From Candidatus Methanosuratincola mesotaenarum (lineage in GTDB: Archaea > Thermoproteota > Methanomethylicia > Methanomethylicales > Methanomethylicaceae), in contig JAULTC010000001.1 of NCBI GenBank assembly GCA_038801705.1, positions 169,916 to 233,915 on the forward strand: DNA of 64,000 bases, in the 5' to 3' direction. The position numbers and the translations under genes were made by a program. Below, piece by piece: positions 1 to 9,924 of the stretch (the first letter of the stretch is position 1; each line of letters begins with the position of its first letter). Below the pieces are notes generated by a model that saw nothing but the letters and a program-made list of their open reading frames with translations, did not search any database and was not told where the DNA came from.

Positions 1-364
1 GCTGGAGGTTGGCGTTCTCCCTGGACTCGTACCCGTCCGAGTTGTCTATCTTGTAAACCTCATACAGCGGCATCCCAACCCTGGTGTAGACGTTCCTGTG
101 CTGCGTGAAGCCATGCTCGAGGAGCTTCACGTTGACTATCTCCCGTATCAGGGGACCGCTGAGCATCTTGAGGCGCATCCCGAGTATCTCATCCTGCACC
201 TCTTCAGCTATTGTTCTAGCCTCCTCCTCCGTGAGTGGGCGCTCGTTGTAAAGCTCCTCGACGAGCCTGGTTTCCCTGAGCAGGCTCCTTACTATCAACT
301 CCTTATTGAATGGCACTATCACTCCGTCACTCCGCCTCACAGGCGGAGGGAGCTTCCCGTTCAT
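1..364 (-). CDS. ATP-cone domain protein, N-terminal part (gene continues beyond the window start); probably the N-terminus of a ribonucleotide reductase
   Basis: Minus-strand ATG at 364-362 opens MNGKLPPPVRRSDGVIVPFNKELIVRSLL...; the D-G-x-x-x-P-F-x-x-x-K/L pattern is the ATP-cone signature. The frame stays open to position 1. The AT-rich stretch 370-480 contains TTTATAA/TTTATAG boxes, consistent with its promoter. Confidence 0.55.
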   Translation of the reverse strand, partial: MNGKLPPPVRRSDGVIVPFNKELIVRSLLRETRLVEELYNERPLTEEEARTIAEEVQDEILGMRLKMLSGPLIREIVNVKLLEHGFTQHRNVYTRVGMPLYEVYKIDNSDGYESRENANLQ

Positions 365-1281
365 AATTAATTCTGTCACAACCAGCCCCCCGATATGAAT
401 CTCATTCTATTATTTCCTGCTATTTTATTCCTATCGGATCAGGGTTTATAAGGTTTTATAGAGTGAAATATTTAAAAAAATTGATAAATGCGCGAATGCA
501 CATGTCACACTTTCATTTCGGTAAATAAACTGCAAGCGGCACCTGCTGGAAATTTTTGACCGCGTCATAAAACGCCTCAGAAATGCCCAGGCGGGCAAAG
601 GGGCACTTTGAAAATGCATCTTGGACGTCTCAGAGATGGTCATCGAGCATCCGCAGGGATCGGCAAAAGCCCCAATCCCGATGGATGTCAACCCAACCAT
701 GTTACTGAAAATGCGCGGGTTGGGCTCAGCAGCATTGCTATGCCGACCTTCCCAAGTCTGCACAATGACCGCTCTTGCTGGGCTACCCGACCAGAGCTCA
801 TAGTGACCGAAGCCCGAGTGCCATGCCGCAAGTCGCCATGCATGTGTCTGCAGCAGGCTCAGCGAGGATTCTGGCTCCAGACCGCATGAACGCACCCAAA
901 CCTACTCCCGATGAACATTTTAAACTTTGCCAGCGGGGAGTCCTTACCCTTCGTTCAGGCTGGGGATAATGAAGAGAAAGAAGCAAAACGCCATATCTTT
1001 TTTCTTCAGCCACTCATCTTTTGGACGCAGGGAGAGTTCACCCCAACGTGCCTATATGCAGCTGGCAACCCATAACTGACGGTAAGCCTGATGCATGCCT
1101 CTGCAACCCTCAATAGGATCGAGCCTGGCAGACAAGCAGGAACCTGAAGTACCCGAAAAAGAACGGAGTGGGGAAAGCATGAGCTACCTTACCATGGAGG
1201 GCAAGGGTTTCCCGCCGACAGAGTTAAATAACGAAAGAGCCTTCAGACTTCAGGGGAGCATGATGGAAAGGAGGAATTTAG

Positions 1282-2412
1282 TTCACAAGGCTCCAGACGC
1301 CCAGGGGCTTCAGGGACCTAGGACCTGAAGAAGTTAAACTTTATCTTTTAGTCGAAGGCAGGTTCCGGGAAGTCCTCAAGAAGTGGGGTTACAAGGAAGT
1401 CCGAACCTCCACGCTTGATTACTTCGACATCATACGCGGTGGCGCGGGCGAGGGGTTTACGGACTCCGTATTCAAGGTACAGGACTATGACGGGAAGCTA
1501 CTCTCACTTAGGGGGGAGGTGACGACCCAGATCGCCAGGATGCTGGCATCAAAGGCGAAGGACGAGGGCAGGCTCTGCTACATAACCAACTGCATCAGGT
1601 ATCTTGAGTCCAGGAACCTCTCCCTGAGGGAGTACTGGCAGGCGGGCGCGGAGCGGGTAGGCGGGGATCGGGTAAGCGCCGACGCTGAGGCTGTGGCACT
1701 GTCCCTCGAGATGCTCAATTCGGTGGGAATCAGGGCAAGTGTCGACCTTGGCAGCATGAGCGTGATCAGAAAGCTGATGGACAGGTTCAAGATAAATGAC
1801 TACAAGAGGCTGACGGGTGCGATAGGCTCAAAGTCGATCGATGACCTAAGGAAGGTGACCGGCGACAGGAACGCCATCGAGACCTTCACCCTGCTGATGA
1901 CCAAGAGGGGGAAGGCTGAGATGATCAGAGCAATCGCAGATAAGGCAGGATGCCTAGAAGATGAGTACGAGTACTTCAGGGATCTCTACCGTGCACTCGA
2001 TGCTTACGGGTGTGCCTCGAGTGTCTTTGTCGACCTGAGCACGATCAGGGAGATGGCATACTACAACGATCTGGTCTTCGAGATCTTCACGTGGGGGATA
2101 GGGCTCCCGATCGGCGGTGGCGGCAGGTACGACGCGATGATGAAGGACTTTGGTATCAACACGACTGCAACAGGCTTTGCCCTGAGCATAGACCTCTGCG
2201 TAAGGGCGCTAGGCGGACCTCAGGGAAACAGCAACGAGACGCTAAAGGTGTACTACCAAGACGGATTCAGGGACAAGGGGATCGAGCTAGCCCGGCGCCT
2301 GAGGGGGTCGGGGAAGTGCTGCACCTTGGACGCCTACAAGGGAGAGCGGAGCGGCATACTGGTTGGTGAAAAGGCAGTCAAGATCGAGAGTGGTGAGGAG
2401 TATGAGCCCTGA
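1282..2412 (+). CDS. hisZ: ATP phosphoribosyltransferase regulatory subunit HisZ (HisRS paralog); no canonical start codon upstream of GTG 1519
   Basis: HisRS/HisZ class-II core motifs are present: PRGFRDLGPEEVKLY, GYKEVRTSTLDYFD, GGGGRYD. Homology begins right after the TAG at 1279, but the first ATG/GTG/TTG in frame is GTG at 1519. It overlaps hisG. Short-form HisG (216 aa) needs HisZ. Confidence 0.75.
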   Translation, partial: FTRLQTPRGFRDLGPEEVKLYLLVEGRFREVLKKWGYKEVRTSTLDYFDIIRGGAGEGFTDSVFKVQDYDGKLLSLRGEVTTQIARMLASKAKDEGRLCYITNCIRYLESRNLSLREYWQAGAERVGGDRVSADAEAVALSLEMLNSVGIRASVDLGSMSVIRKLMDRFKINDYKRLTGAIGSKSIDDLRKVTGDRNAIETFTLLMTKRGKAEMIRAIADKAGCLEDEYEYFRDLYRALDAYGCASSVFVDLSTIREMAYYNDLVFEIFTWGIGLPIGGGGRYDAMMKDFGINTTATGFALSIDLCVRALGGPQGNSNETLKVYYQDGFRDKGIELARRLRGSGKCCTLDAYKGERSGILVGEKAVKIESGEEYEP

Positions 2413-3052
2413 CCCTGACCGCCAGGAGAGGATCATACTCGCGCTCCCGAACAAGGGCAGGATGAGGGAGCCGGCGCTGAACCTACTCAAGTCTGCCGGG
2501 GTAAGTGTGACAGGCGATGACAGGTCCTACCTCTCGAAGACTTCCAACCCAGGGATCGATCTGCTCTCGGTCAGGGCCGCGGATATCCCAGTGTATGTAT
2601 ACTACGGGATCGCAGACCTGGGCATAACCGGAAGAGATATCGTGGCTGAGACCGGGCTTGAGGTCTATGAGCTCGCCGATCTGGGGTTCGGCTGCTGCGA
2701 CCTCGTCGTCGCGGTCGATAAGGACAGCGGGATAAGAAGCCCGTCGGAGATCCCGCACGGGTCCAAGGTTGCCACCGAATTCCCGAACGTCACAAAGGCG
2801 TATTTCGACGAGCTTGGGGTCTTGGTTGAGACGATAACGCTCAGGGGTGCTGTGGAGATAGCCCCCAGGCTCGGGCTAGCAACCGCGATCGTTGACATCT
2901 CGAGCACAGGGGCGACACTTGAGAAGAACAGGCTTTCTGCTATCGGGAAGGTCATGAGCTCCTCGGCAAGACTCATCTGCAATAAGATATCGTACAAGAC
3001 AAAGTATGATAAGGTCGAAGAGATAACTAACAGGCTGAGGGTGAGTCCTTGA
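2402..3052 (+). CDS. hisG: ATP phosphoribosyltransferase, short form (HisG)
   Basis: N-terminus MSPDPDRQERIILALPNKGRM and GITGRD motif match short-form HisG. It overlaps the hisZ stop and is followed by hisD. Confidence 0.85.
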   Translation: MSPDPDRQERIILALPNKGRMREPALNLLKSAGVSVTGDDRSYLSKTSNPGIDLLSVRAADIPVYVYYGIADLGITGRDIVAETGLEVYELADLGFGCCDLVVAVDKDSGIRSPSEIPHGSKVATEFPNVTKAYFDELGVLVETITLRGAVEIAPRLGLATAIVDISSTGATLEKNRLSAIGKVMSSSARLICNKISYKTKYDKVEEITNRLRVSP

Positions 3053-4359
3053 GAGTGATCAGGTACAGCGAGTACAACTCCGCGCCAGTGCAGCCCCCCA
3101 AGGTGCCGAAGGAGATCGTTGACAATGTCTCATCGATAATAAGCAGGGTGAGGGAGCAGGGGGACGCTGCGATTGTTGATTATACAGAGAGGTTTGATAA
3201 GGTGAAGCTGGATCCCGACGGGATGAGGGTCGAGTGGTCGGATCTGAGGAGGGCCTACAAATCGATCCCGGAGGGGTTGAAGAACGCGCTGAGGAACTCG
3301 GCAGAGAGGATCCACAAGTTCCAAGAGCTCCAGAAGCCGCTGGAGTTCGCCACCACAATAGCCCCGGGCGTATCAGCCGGGATAAAGTTTGATCCGATCC
3401 AGTGCGTAGGGCTCTACGTCCCAGGCGGCACGGCGGCATACCCGTCGACGGTGCTTATGACCGCGATCCCAGCGAAGGTTGCGGGCGTGGACCGGTGCGC
3501 AATATTTACCCCTCCCAGGAGGGGGGGTGAGGTGCCTGAGGCGATTTTGGCCGCAGCTTACCTGGCAGAGGTGGATGAAGTCTACAGGGTCGGTGGCGCG
3601 CAGGCGATAGCGGCGATGGCATACGGCACGGGGAAAATAAAGAGGGTCGAGAAGATATTCGGCCCTGGCAACATCTACGTCACCGTTGCGAAGATGCTCG
3701 TCTCCTGGGATGTTGCCGTGGACATGCCCGCCGGCCCGAGCGAGCTCCTGATCTATACAGAGGGGTTCGAAATACCGGAATGGCTTGCCTACGACATCTT
3801 GGCACAGTGTGAACACGACCCCATGTCCAAGGCATTCCTAGTGACCACGGACGGGGCTCTCGCAAATGAGGTTTCTAGGGCGGTTGAGAAGATGGCTGCA
3901 TGGTCGCCGAGAAGGGAGATCCTTGAGAAGAGCATCGCCCAGGCGGTCGCAGTAGTCGTGGGGGATCGCGAGGAGGGTGCCAAGGTAATAAACGACGTCG
4001 CCCCAGAGCACCTGGAACTTGTAGGCAGTGGGGCTGAGGAGATCTTTCGGTTAGTCAGGAACGCAGGGGCTGTTTTCATCGGCGAGTACACGCCGGTCCC
4101 GCTCGGCGACTACACGGCAGGGACTAACCACGTCCTCCCGACGATGGGCTGGGCAAGGAGAGCCTCACCACTCTCGGTCAGGGACTTCCTCAGATCGAGA
4201 GAGTATCTCAAGTGCACGAGGGATGGGATCATGAGGATAGGCGGGGACGCAGTGATGATGGCAACCGCGGAGGGGCTACTGAACCACGCGCGGGCAGTCA
4301 CCTCCAGGATGAGCACTAGCGCAGGACGAGAGGGGGGCAAAGCAGCTGAACGTGGATGA
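3049..4359 (+). CDS. hisD: histidinol dehydrogenase
   Basis: 436 aa with typical HisD segments (GPGNIYV, HDPMSKAFLVT, HLEL). It sits in the his operon between hisG and hisC. Confidence 0.9.
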   Translation: MRVIRYSEYNSAPVQPPKVPKEIVDNVSSIISRVREQGDAAIVDYTERFDKVKLDPDGMRVEWSDLRRAYKSIPEGLKNALRNSAERIHKFQELQKPLEFATTIAPGVSAGIKFDPIQCVGLYVPGGTAAYPSTVLMTAIPAKVAGVDRCAIFTPPRRGGEVPEAILAAAYLAEVDEVYRVGGAQAIAAMAYGTGKIKRVEKIFGPGNIYVTVAKMLVSWDVAVDMPAGPSELLIYTEGFEIPEWLAYDILAQCEHDPMSKAFLVTTDGALANEVSRAVEKMAAWSPRREILEKSIAQAVAVVVGDREEGAKVINDVAPEHLELVGSGAEEIFRLVRNAGAVFIGEYTPVPLGDYTAGTNHVLPTMGWARRASPLSVRDFLRSREYLKCTRDGIMRIGGDAVMMATAEGLLNHARAVTSRMSTSAGREGGKAAERG

Positions 4360-5446
4360 GTTCGTGGTAGACCGCCTCAGACCCATCCTGGGCGAGAGGA
4401 AGGGGAGGGAAGCATACTCTAGCCTTTCAGGCGAAGGGAAGGTGAGGATGGGGCTCAACGAGAACATGCTGGTTAACAAGTTCTTCTCGGACACTATTCT
4501 GGCAGAGGCGACGAAGAGAGTGGACGCAAGGGAGTACCCGCCCCCAAAGGGCTGGACCGCGGCGAGGACCATAGCCGAGAGCATGGGGATCTGGGAGGAC
4601 GAAGTGCTTATCGGCAACGGATCCGACGAGGTGCTCGACCTAATAGCGAAGGTCTTCCTCTCGTCCGAGGGGCGCGAGGCAATTGTCGTCGACCCGACCT
4701 TCGAGATGTACAAGTTCTACACTTCTATCGCGGGTGGCCGGACGAAGCAGGTGCTCGCCACAGGGGACTTCGACCTGAGCGCAGAGAGCGTCCTCTCCGC
4801 CGTCGACGACTCGACTAAGGTGATATTCATCTGCTCGCCGAACAACCCGACCGGGAAGCAGTTTAACAGGGACGAGATCTTGAGGATCGTTGAGGAGAGC
4901 GGGAGGGTAATTGTTCTCGATGAGGCATACGCCGACTTTGCGCCATACTCGCTCTCAGGCGAGTGCACGGAGTACGAGAACCTGTTGGTGCTCAGGACCT
5001 TCTCGAAGGCATTCGGCATGGCTGGGCTCAGGGCAGGGTACTGTTTAGGGAACGCGAGGCTGCTTGAATGGCTGAAGGCGGCGCAGAGCCCGTTCAGCGT
5101 GAACTCGATCGCCCAGGAGATGGTAAGGCTCGTTTTGGAGAACAAGAAAGTGTACGAGTCTTTCATCAGGCAGGTGGTCGAGGAGAGGAACTACCTCACC
5201 GCCGAGCTCGAGATGCTGAGCGGGGTCGATCCGTACGAGTCAGATGCGAATTTCATACTCTTCAGGCTCCCGAAGGGGATCGACTCGGGCGAGGTGGTCA
5301 GGCGCCTGGGCGAATGCGGGCTGGATGTGAGGGACAGGGGCAGCCTGCCGCTCCTCGAGAACTGCGTGAGGGTCACCGTCTCGACGAGGGAGAACAACCT
5401 CAAGTTCATCGAGATGCTCAGGGGAACGATGGGTGATCTGGCATGA
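4352..5446 (+). CDS. hisC: histidinol-phosphate aminotransferase
   Basis: LNENM, SPNNPTG and the PLP-lysine region TFSKAFGMAGLRAGY match class-II aminotransferase HisC. Operon position fits. Confidence 0.9.
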   Translation: MDEFVVDRLRPILGERKGREAYSSLSGEGKVRMGLNENMLVNKFFSDTILAEATKRVDAREYPPPKGWTAARTIAESMGIWEDEVLIGNGSDEVLDLIAKVFLSSEGREAIVVDPTFEMYKFYTSIAGGRTKQVLATGDFDLSAESVLSAVDDSTKVIFICSPNNPTGKQFNRDEILRIVEESGRVIVLDEAYADFAPYSLSGECTEYENLLVLRTFSKAFGMAGLRAGYCLGNARLLEWLKAAQSPFSVNSIAQEMVRLVLENKKVYESFIRQVVEERNYLTAELEMLSGVDPYESDANFILFRLPKGIDSGEVVRRLGECGLDVRDRGSLPLLENCVRVTVSTRENNLKFIEMLRGTMGDLA

Positions 5447-6036
5447 GCATGGGCATAGGAGTTAAGAGAGAAGGAGCTTGCGACAGGAAAACCAGGGAGG
5501 TCCAGATCAGGGCAAAGGTCTGCCTCGAGGGACCGGGCGAGTTCACGGGCAGCACTGGTTCTGCTTTCATCGACCACATGGTCAGGACGCTCGCTAAGCA
5601 CTCCTTGATCAGGATAGACCTCGAGGCCTCTGGGGACCTTAAGCATCACATAATAGAGGACACCGCGCTTGTGCTGGGGGAAGCGATCCAAGCTGCGCTT
5701 GGCGAGAAGAGGGGGATAAGGAGATTCGGGCACGCCTACGTGCCAATGGACGACTCCCTCGCAAGGGCAGTCATCGATCTGGGCGGCAGAGCATACAGCA
5801 GGATAAGGCTTGGAACAAGGGGCGAGTCGATCGAGGACACGAAGGTCGAGGACATACTCCACTTCCTCGAGGCATTTGCCTCCTCCCTTAAGTGCAACCT
5901 CCACATGAAGGTCCTGTACGGGAGCAATGACCACCACAAAGTAGAGGCTGCGGTCAAGGCGCTTGCGCTTGCGCTAAGGGATGCGGTGTCGCTCACGGGC
6001 AGCATGGAAGTCCCTAGCGCAAAGGGGGAGATCTGA
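5443..6036 (+). CDS. hisB: imidazoleglycerol-phosphate dehydratase
   Basis: 197 aa; motifs IDHMV, HHIIEDTALVLG and HAYVPMDD are typical of IGPD. Confidence 0.9.
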   Translation: MSMGIGVKREGACDRKTREVQIRAKVCLEGPGEFTGSTGSAFIDHMVRTLAKHSLIRIDLEASGDLKHHIIEDTALVLGEAIQAALGEKRGIRRFGHAYVPMDDSLARAVIDLGGRAYSRIRLGTRGESIEDTKVEDILHFLEAFASSLKCNLHMKVLYGSNDHHKVEAAVKALALALRDAVSLTGSMEVPSAKGEI

Positions 6037-6040
6037 TCGG

Positions 6041-6649
6041 ATGAGGGTCGCCGTATTGGACCTGGGGCTCGGGAACATCCTGAGCATCAGGAGGGGCGTA
6101 GAAAGAGCTGGAGCAGAGGTAATAGTCGCACAGGGGGACCAAGAGGCAGAGGGGGCGGACGCGGTCGTGATCCCCGGCGTCGGCGCCTTCAGAGACGGGA
6201 TAAGGGCGCTTCTCGGCAAGTTCGGCAGGACAGTAGATCGGATCCGGAGGGGCGAGATCCCAGCCCTTGGGGTCTGCCTCGGGATGCAGCTCCTCTTCAC
6301 AAAGAGCTTCGAAGGCGGCGACCATCCAGGGCTCAACCTGATAAGTGGGGAAGTAGTGAGGCTCCCGCCTACGGTGAAGGTCCCGCACATGGGTTGGAAC
6401 AGCATCCGGGTCGTAAAGCACGGCGTGCTGACCAGTGGGGTTTCAGACGGGGAGTACTTCTACTTCGTCCACTCCTACTACTGCATACCAGAGGAGATAG
6501 AGGTCACGGTCGCTGAAACCGAGTACGGAGTTCCGATCCCGGCGATCATTGAGAAGGGTGCAGTCTTCGGAACTCAGTTCCATCCAGAGAAGAGTGGGGA
6601 GGCGGGTCGGATCGTGCTGAAGAGTTTCTTGGAGGGGGCGAAGCGTTGA
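6041..6649 (+). CDS. hisH: imidazole glycerol phosphate synthase glutaminase subunit
   Basis: Class-I GATase: GVCLGMQLL catalytic Cys, HSYY, GTQFHPEKSG. ATG at 6041 is preferred over the upstream ORF start. Confidence 0.9.
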   Translation: MRVAVLDLGLGNILSIRRGVERAGAEVIVAQGDQEAEGADAVVIPGVGAFRDGIRALLGKFGRTVDRIRRGEIPALGVCLGMQLLFTKSFEGGDHPGLNLISGEVVRLPPTVKVPHMGWNSIRVVKHGVLTSGVSDGEYFYFVHSYYCIPEEIEVTVAETEYGVPIPAIIEKGAVFGTQFHPEKSGEAGRIVLKSFLEGAKR

Positions 6650-7365
6650 TCACCGTGATTCCAGCGGTGGACATCTCGAGGGGGAAGTGCGTTAGGCTGA
6701 CGAAGGGCAGGCTTGAGTATACTAAGGTCTACTTCGAGGACCCGCTCGAGGCGGCCCAAAAATGGAAGAACGAGGGCGCGGAGTGGATCCATGTGGTAGA
6801 CCTGGATGCGGCGATCGGCGTCGGGAACAACTCGGATCAGATAAAGCGGATAATAAAGGGCGTCGGGGCGGAGGTGAAGGTCGAGGTCGGGGGCGGGATG
6901 AGGGGGGTCGAGAGCGCAAGGGATTACATCCGGGCAGGGGCCAAGAGGGTGATCTTCGGAACCGGCGCCCTCGACGCGAGGCTGATAAGGGCGAGTATCG
7001 AGGAGTTCGGGGCGGACAGGATCATGGCAGCAGTGGATCACATCGCGGGGAGGGTTGCTGTAAAGGGGTGGAAGGAGATGACCGGCATCGACGCCATTCT
7101 CCTGTGTAAGAGGCTTGAAGAGCTTGGCGTGAGGACGTTCATGATGACTGCGATCGATCGGGACGGGACGATGAAGGGGCCAAACATCGAGTACTCTCTT
7201 AAGGCAGTCTCAGAGATCCATGGGGACGTCTTCCTTGCGGGAGGGTTCTCGAGCCTTTCCGATTTGGCGCTGCTCAGGGACGCAAGGGTCGCGGGTGTAA
7301 TCCTAGGGAAGGCGCTGTACGAGGGGGCGTTCACGCTGAAGGAAGCGATGGGGGCGGTTAGGTGA
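6646..7365 (+). CDS. hisA: ProFAR isomerase (HisA)
   Basis: [19 protein letters not shown]-terminus and the (beta/alpha)8 HisA pattern. TTG start overlaps the hisH stop. Confidence 0.9.
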   Translation: MITVIPAVDISRGKCVRLTKGRLEYTKVYFEDPLEAAQKWKNEGAEWIHVVDLDAAIGVGNNSDQIKRIIKGVGAEVKVEVGGGMRGVESARDYIRAGAKRVIFGTGALDARLIRASIEEFGADRIMAAVDHIAGRVAVKGWKEMTGIDAILLCKRLEELGVRTFMMTAIDRDGTMKGPNIEYSLKAVSEIHGDVFLAGGFSSLSDLALLRDARVAGVILGKALYEGAFTLKEAMGAVR

Positions 7366-8162
7366 CGCTCACGAAGAGGATCATACCCTGCCTTGACGTC
7401 GACAGGGGGAGGGTCGTCAAGGGGATAAGGTTCGTGAACTTGAGGGACGCAGGGGATCCAGTCGAGCAGGCGCTGGAGTACGAGCGCCAAGGGGCGGACG
7501 AGATCGTCTTCCTGGACATCACCGCCTCGTCGGACAACAGGGAGACGGTGATAGACATGGTGAGAAAGACAGCCTACGAGCTCTCGATCCCATTCACAGT
7601 AGGAGGGGGGATAAGGAGCTACGCCGACGCGAGGAGGGTCCTGATGGCAGGGGCGGACAAGGTCTCGCTGAACACGGCAGCTGTCCAGAACCCCAGGCTG
7701 ATCACCGAGGGCGCCGAGATCTTCGGGAGCCAATGCATCGTTGTCGCGATAGACGCGAAGAGAACCGGCGAGAGAAGTTGGGAGGTCTATACGCACGGGG
7801 GGCGGAGGGGTACTAGCATGGATGCTGTCGAATGGGCCATGAAGGCGGAGGAGATGGGCGCAGGCGAGATTCTGCTGACCAGCATGGACTTCGACGGCTC
7901 GAAGGACGGGTATGACCTCGAGCTGACCAGGCTGGTCTCCGAGGGCGTCAACATCCCTGTGATCGCATCGGGAGGGGCTGGGAACCCTGCCCATATATAC
8001 AACGCACTCACCGTGGGTAAGGCAGACGCGGCCCTCGCGGCATCGATATTCCACTACGCAGAGTATACCGTAGGCGAGGTGAAGAGGTACCTGATGGAGA
8101 GGGGGGTGCCGGTCAGGGTCGTGCGACATCCAAATCAAGGAGATAAGGAACGGCCCGCATGA
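7362..8162 (+). CDS. hisF: imidazole glycerol phosphate synthase cyclase subunit (HisF)
   Basis: [16 protein letters not shown] and [13 protein letters not shown] match HisF. It overlaps the hisA end. Confidence 0.9.
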   Translation: MTLTKRIIPCLDVDRGRVVKGIRFVNLRDAGDPVEQALEYERQGADEIVFLDITASSDNRETVIDMVRKTAYELSIPFTVGGGIRSYADARRVLMAGADKVSLNTAAVQNPRLITEGAEIFGSQCIVVAIDAKRTGERSWEVYTHGGRRGTSMDAVEWAMKAEEMGAGEILLTSMDFDGSKDGYDLELTRLVSEGVNIPVIASGGAGNPAHIYNALTVGKADAALAASIFHYAEYTVGEVKRYLMERGVPVRVVRHPNQGDKERPA

Positions 8163-8189
8163 TGTTAAGATTGGAGGTGGGTTGATGGT

Positions 8190-8852
8190 ATGGCAGAAAA
8201 TGAAATCATGGAGGGCGTGAGGCTCGAGGCTGACAATATCGAAAAACTGGTCAAGTCTCTCGACTTTGCAAAGCTGGGGGGGATAATCCCCGCAGTGACC
8301 ATTGGGGAAGACGGGAGGGTGCTGATGCTCGCATTCATGAACGAGGAGGCGCTGAGAAGGACGCTCAGCACCGGCATGATGCACTACTGGTCGAGATCCA
8401 GGAAGAAGCTCTGGATGAAGGGTGAGGAGTCTGGACACTACCAATACGTCCTAGGGATCTATGCTGACTGCGACTCCGACTCGCTCCTATTCAAAGTGAG
8501 GCAGGTCGGGAACGTCTGCCACACGGGCGAGAAGACGTGCTTCAACCGACCCTTTGTGAAATACGTGGACAAGACGGACGTGATCAGGGAGCTGGAAGGC
8601 ATCATAAAGGAGAGGATCACAAACCCGCGCGAGGGATCCTATACCTCCAAGATAGCATCTGGGGGGTTAATCAGGGCGGCCAAGAAAGTAGGGGAAGAGG
8701 GGGTTGAGGTGGCGCTCGCAGGAGTCGGGGAGACGAAGGAGAGGATCGTGAGCGAGGCAGCCGATCTGCTCTACCATCTCCTTATACTGCTGCAGATGAA
8801 GGGGGCAGGTATCGAAGACGTCCTAGATGAGCTGAGGAAGCGAAGAAGGTAG
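8190..8852 (+). CDS. hisI: bifunctional phosphoribosyl-AMP cyclohydrolase / phosphoribosyl-ATP pyrophosphatase (HisIE)
   Basis: N-terminal half has the HisI Cys cluster (CDSDSLLF...CHTGEKTCF). C-terminal half is HisE-like (GSYTSKIASGG...LLYHLLILL). Confidence 0.85.
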   Translation: MAENEIMEGVRLEADNIEKLVKSLDFAKLGGIIPAVTIGEDGRVLMLAFMNEEALRRTLSTGMMHYWSRSRKKLWMKGEESGHYQYVLGIYADCDSDSLLFKVRQVGNVCHTGEKTCFNRPFVKYVDKTDVIRELEGIIKERITNPREGSYTSKIASGGLIRAAKKVGEEGVEVALAGVGETKERIVSEAADLLYHLLILLQMKGAGIEDVLDELRKRRR

Positions 8853-8898
8853 AACCAGCTCAGAGACTAGAGCTGACACGCTGGGATCGGACTGCATG

Positions 8899-9924
8899 TC
8901 ACGCATCGTCTGAGAGCCCACTCAGCGACTCCGCCAGCCTGAGCTGCCGCCCCTTCTCCTTCATAGCGATGGTAAGGTCGTAAACCTCGTCGACCGTTTC
9001 GAAGCGGAGCTTTCTGACCTTTTCGAAGTTCCACCCAGTGCACTTCACTGCTGAGACAAACGATGCAAACGAGACCGCCTTTATCCAGCTCTTGGTCCTT
9101 AGGAAGGCTGCAATGAAGCTACCAGACCAGGTGTCCCCTGCTCCAGTGACGTCAACCGCCCTCTTCGTTATCGCCGCGAGCGCGGGTATCAAGTCTGCCG
9201 TTCCATCAGACCTTATGAGTGTCCCAAATTCGCCGAGTGTCAGCACGAGCGTCTTTGTGCGTATTACCCTGATCGCCTCCGATACGACCTCCTTGCCCGT
9301 CAGCGCGTGTAGCTCTCTCTCATTGAGTATGAAGATGTCGGCCATTGATGCCGCGTTTAGTATTGCTTCCCGGTTCACCCTGCTCCCCATGTAGTTTATG
9401 CATGAGTTGACAGAGATCTTCACCTCCGACTCAGAGTCCCTGAGCGCGGATACCATCCGCTCGACCTTGGGCGGGTTCATGGGGGCTATGTGGACAAAGT
9501 CCGCACCCCTCCGAACTGCCTTCAGAAGCATGCGCGTCGTGATTGCTGATGCCAGACCCGGGTAGCTTTCGTGATAGTGGGCATTCCAATCCTGATCGTA
9601 GGATATGTCGAACCTCGTGCTCTTTCCCTTCCTCCTTATGATGAATTCCTGCGGGAAGTCAGCTATGGAGTCCCAGAACCTGTAGTCGTTCCCTACCGCG
9701 GTGACTAGAGATACATTCCTGCAGAGCGTCTTCGCACCATAGGCGGCGTATAGGGCAGCCCCGCCCGGCTGCATCCGCTCGCCGTTAATGTTTCTAATCC
9801 TGTCGACTGATGTATGGCCGACAAAGACGATCTCTGCCAATAGAACCACTTGGTTTAACAGGAGGCGATCTCCTATAAAAAAGCTTGACCTCACCGACCC
9901 CAGTACCCATCCAGCTATCCGCAC
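8899..9924 (-). CDS. PfkB-family carbohydrate/nucleoside kinase (ribokinase-like)
   Basis: C-terminal VDVTGAGDTWSGSFIA is the PfkB DTxGAGD signature. N-terminal FVGHTSVDRI is the ribokinase-fold start, so the true start is probably internal, around 9850. Convergent with hisIE. Confidence 0.75.
   Translation of the reverse strand: MRIAGWVLGSVRSSFFIGDRLLLNQVVLLAEIVFVGHTSVDRIRNINGERMQPGGAALYAAYGAKTLCRNVSLVTAVGNDYRFWDSIADFPQEFIIRRKGKSTRFDISYDQDWNAHYHESYPGLASAITTRMLLKAVRRGADFVHIAPMNPPKVERMVSALRDSESEVKISVNSCINYMGSRVNREAILNAASMADIFILNERELHALTGKEVVSEAIRVIRTKTLVLTLGEFGTLIRSDGTADLIPALAAITKRAVDVTGAGDTWSGSFIAAFLRTKSWIKAVSFASFVSAVKCTGWNFEKVRKLRFETVDEVYDLTIAMKEKGRQLRLAESLSGLSDDA

Noticed and set aside
7038-8444. 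468-aa minus-strand ORF antisense to hisF/hisIE, and similar long antisense ORFs at 14855-15865 (anti-herA), 18342-19106 (anti-rad50), 36331-37470, 57053-58093 (anti-purT) and 59233-59901 (anti-purL)
   Set aside because: High-GC genomes produce long spurious open frames opposite real genes. These have Pro/Arg/Ser-rich, low-complexity translations, no recognisable motifs, and fully overlap well-supported genes.
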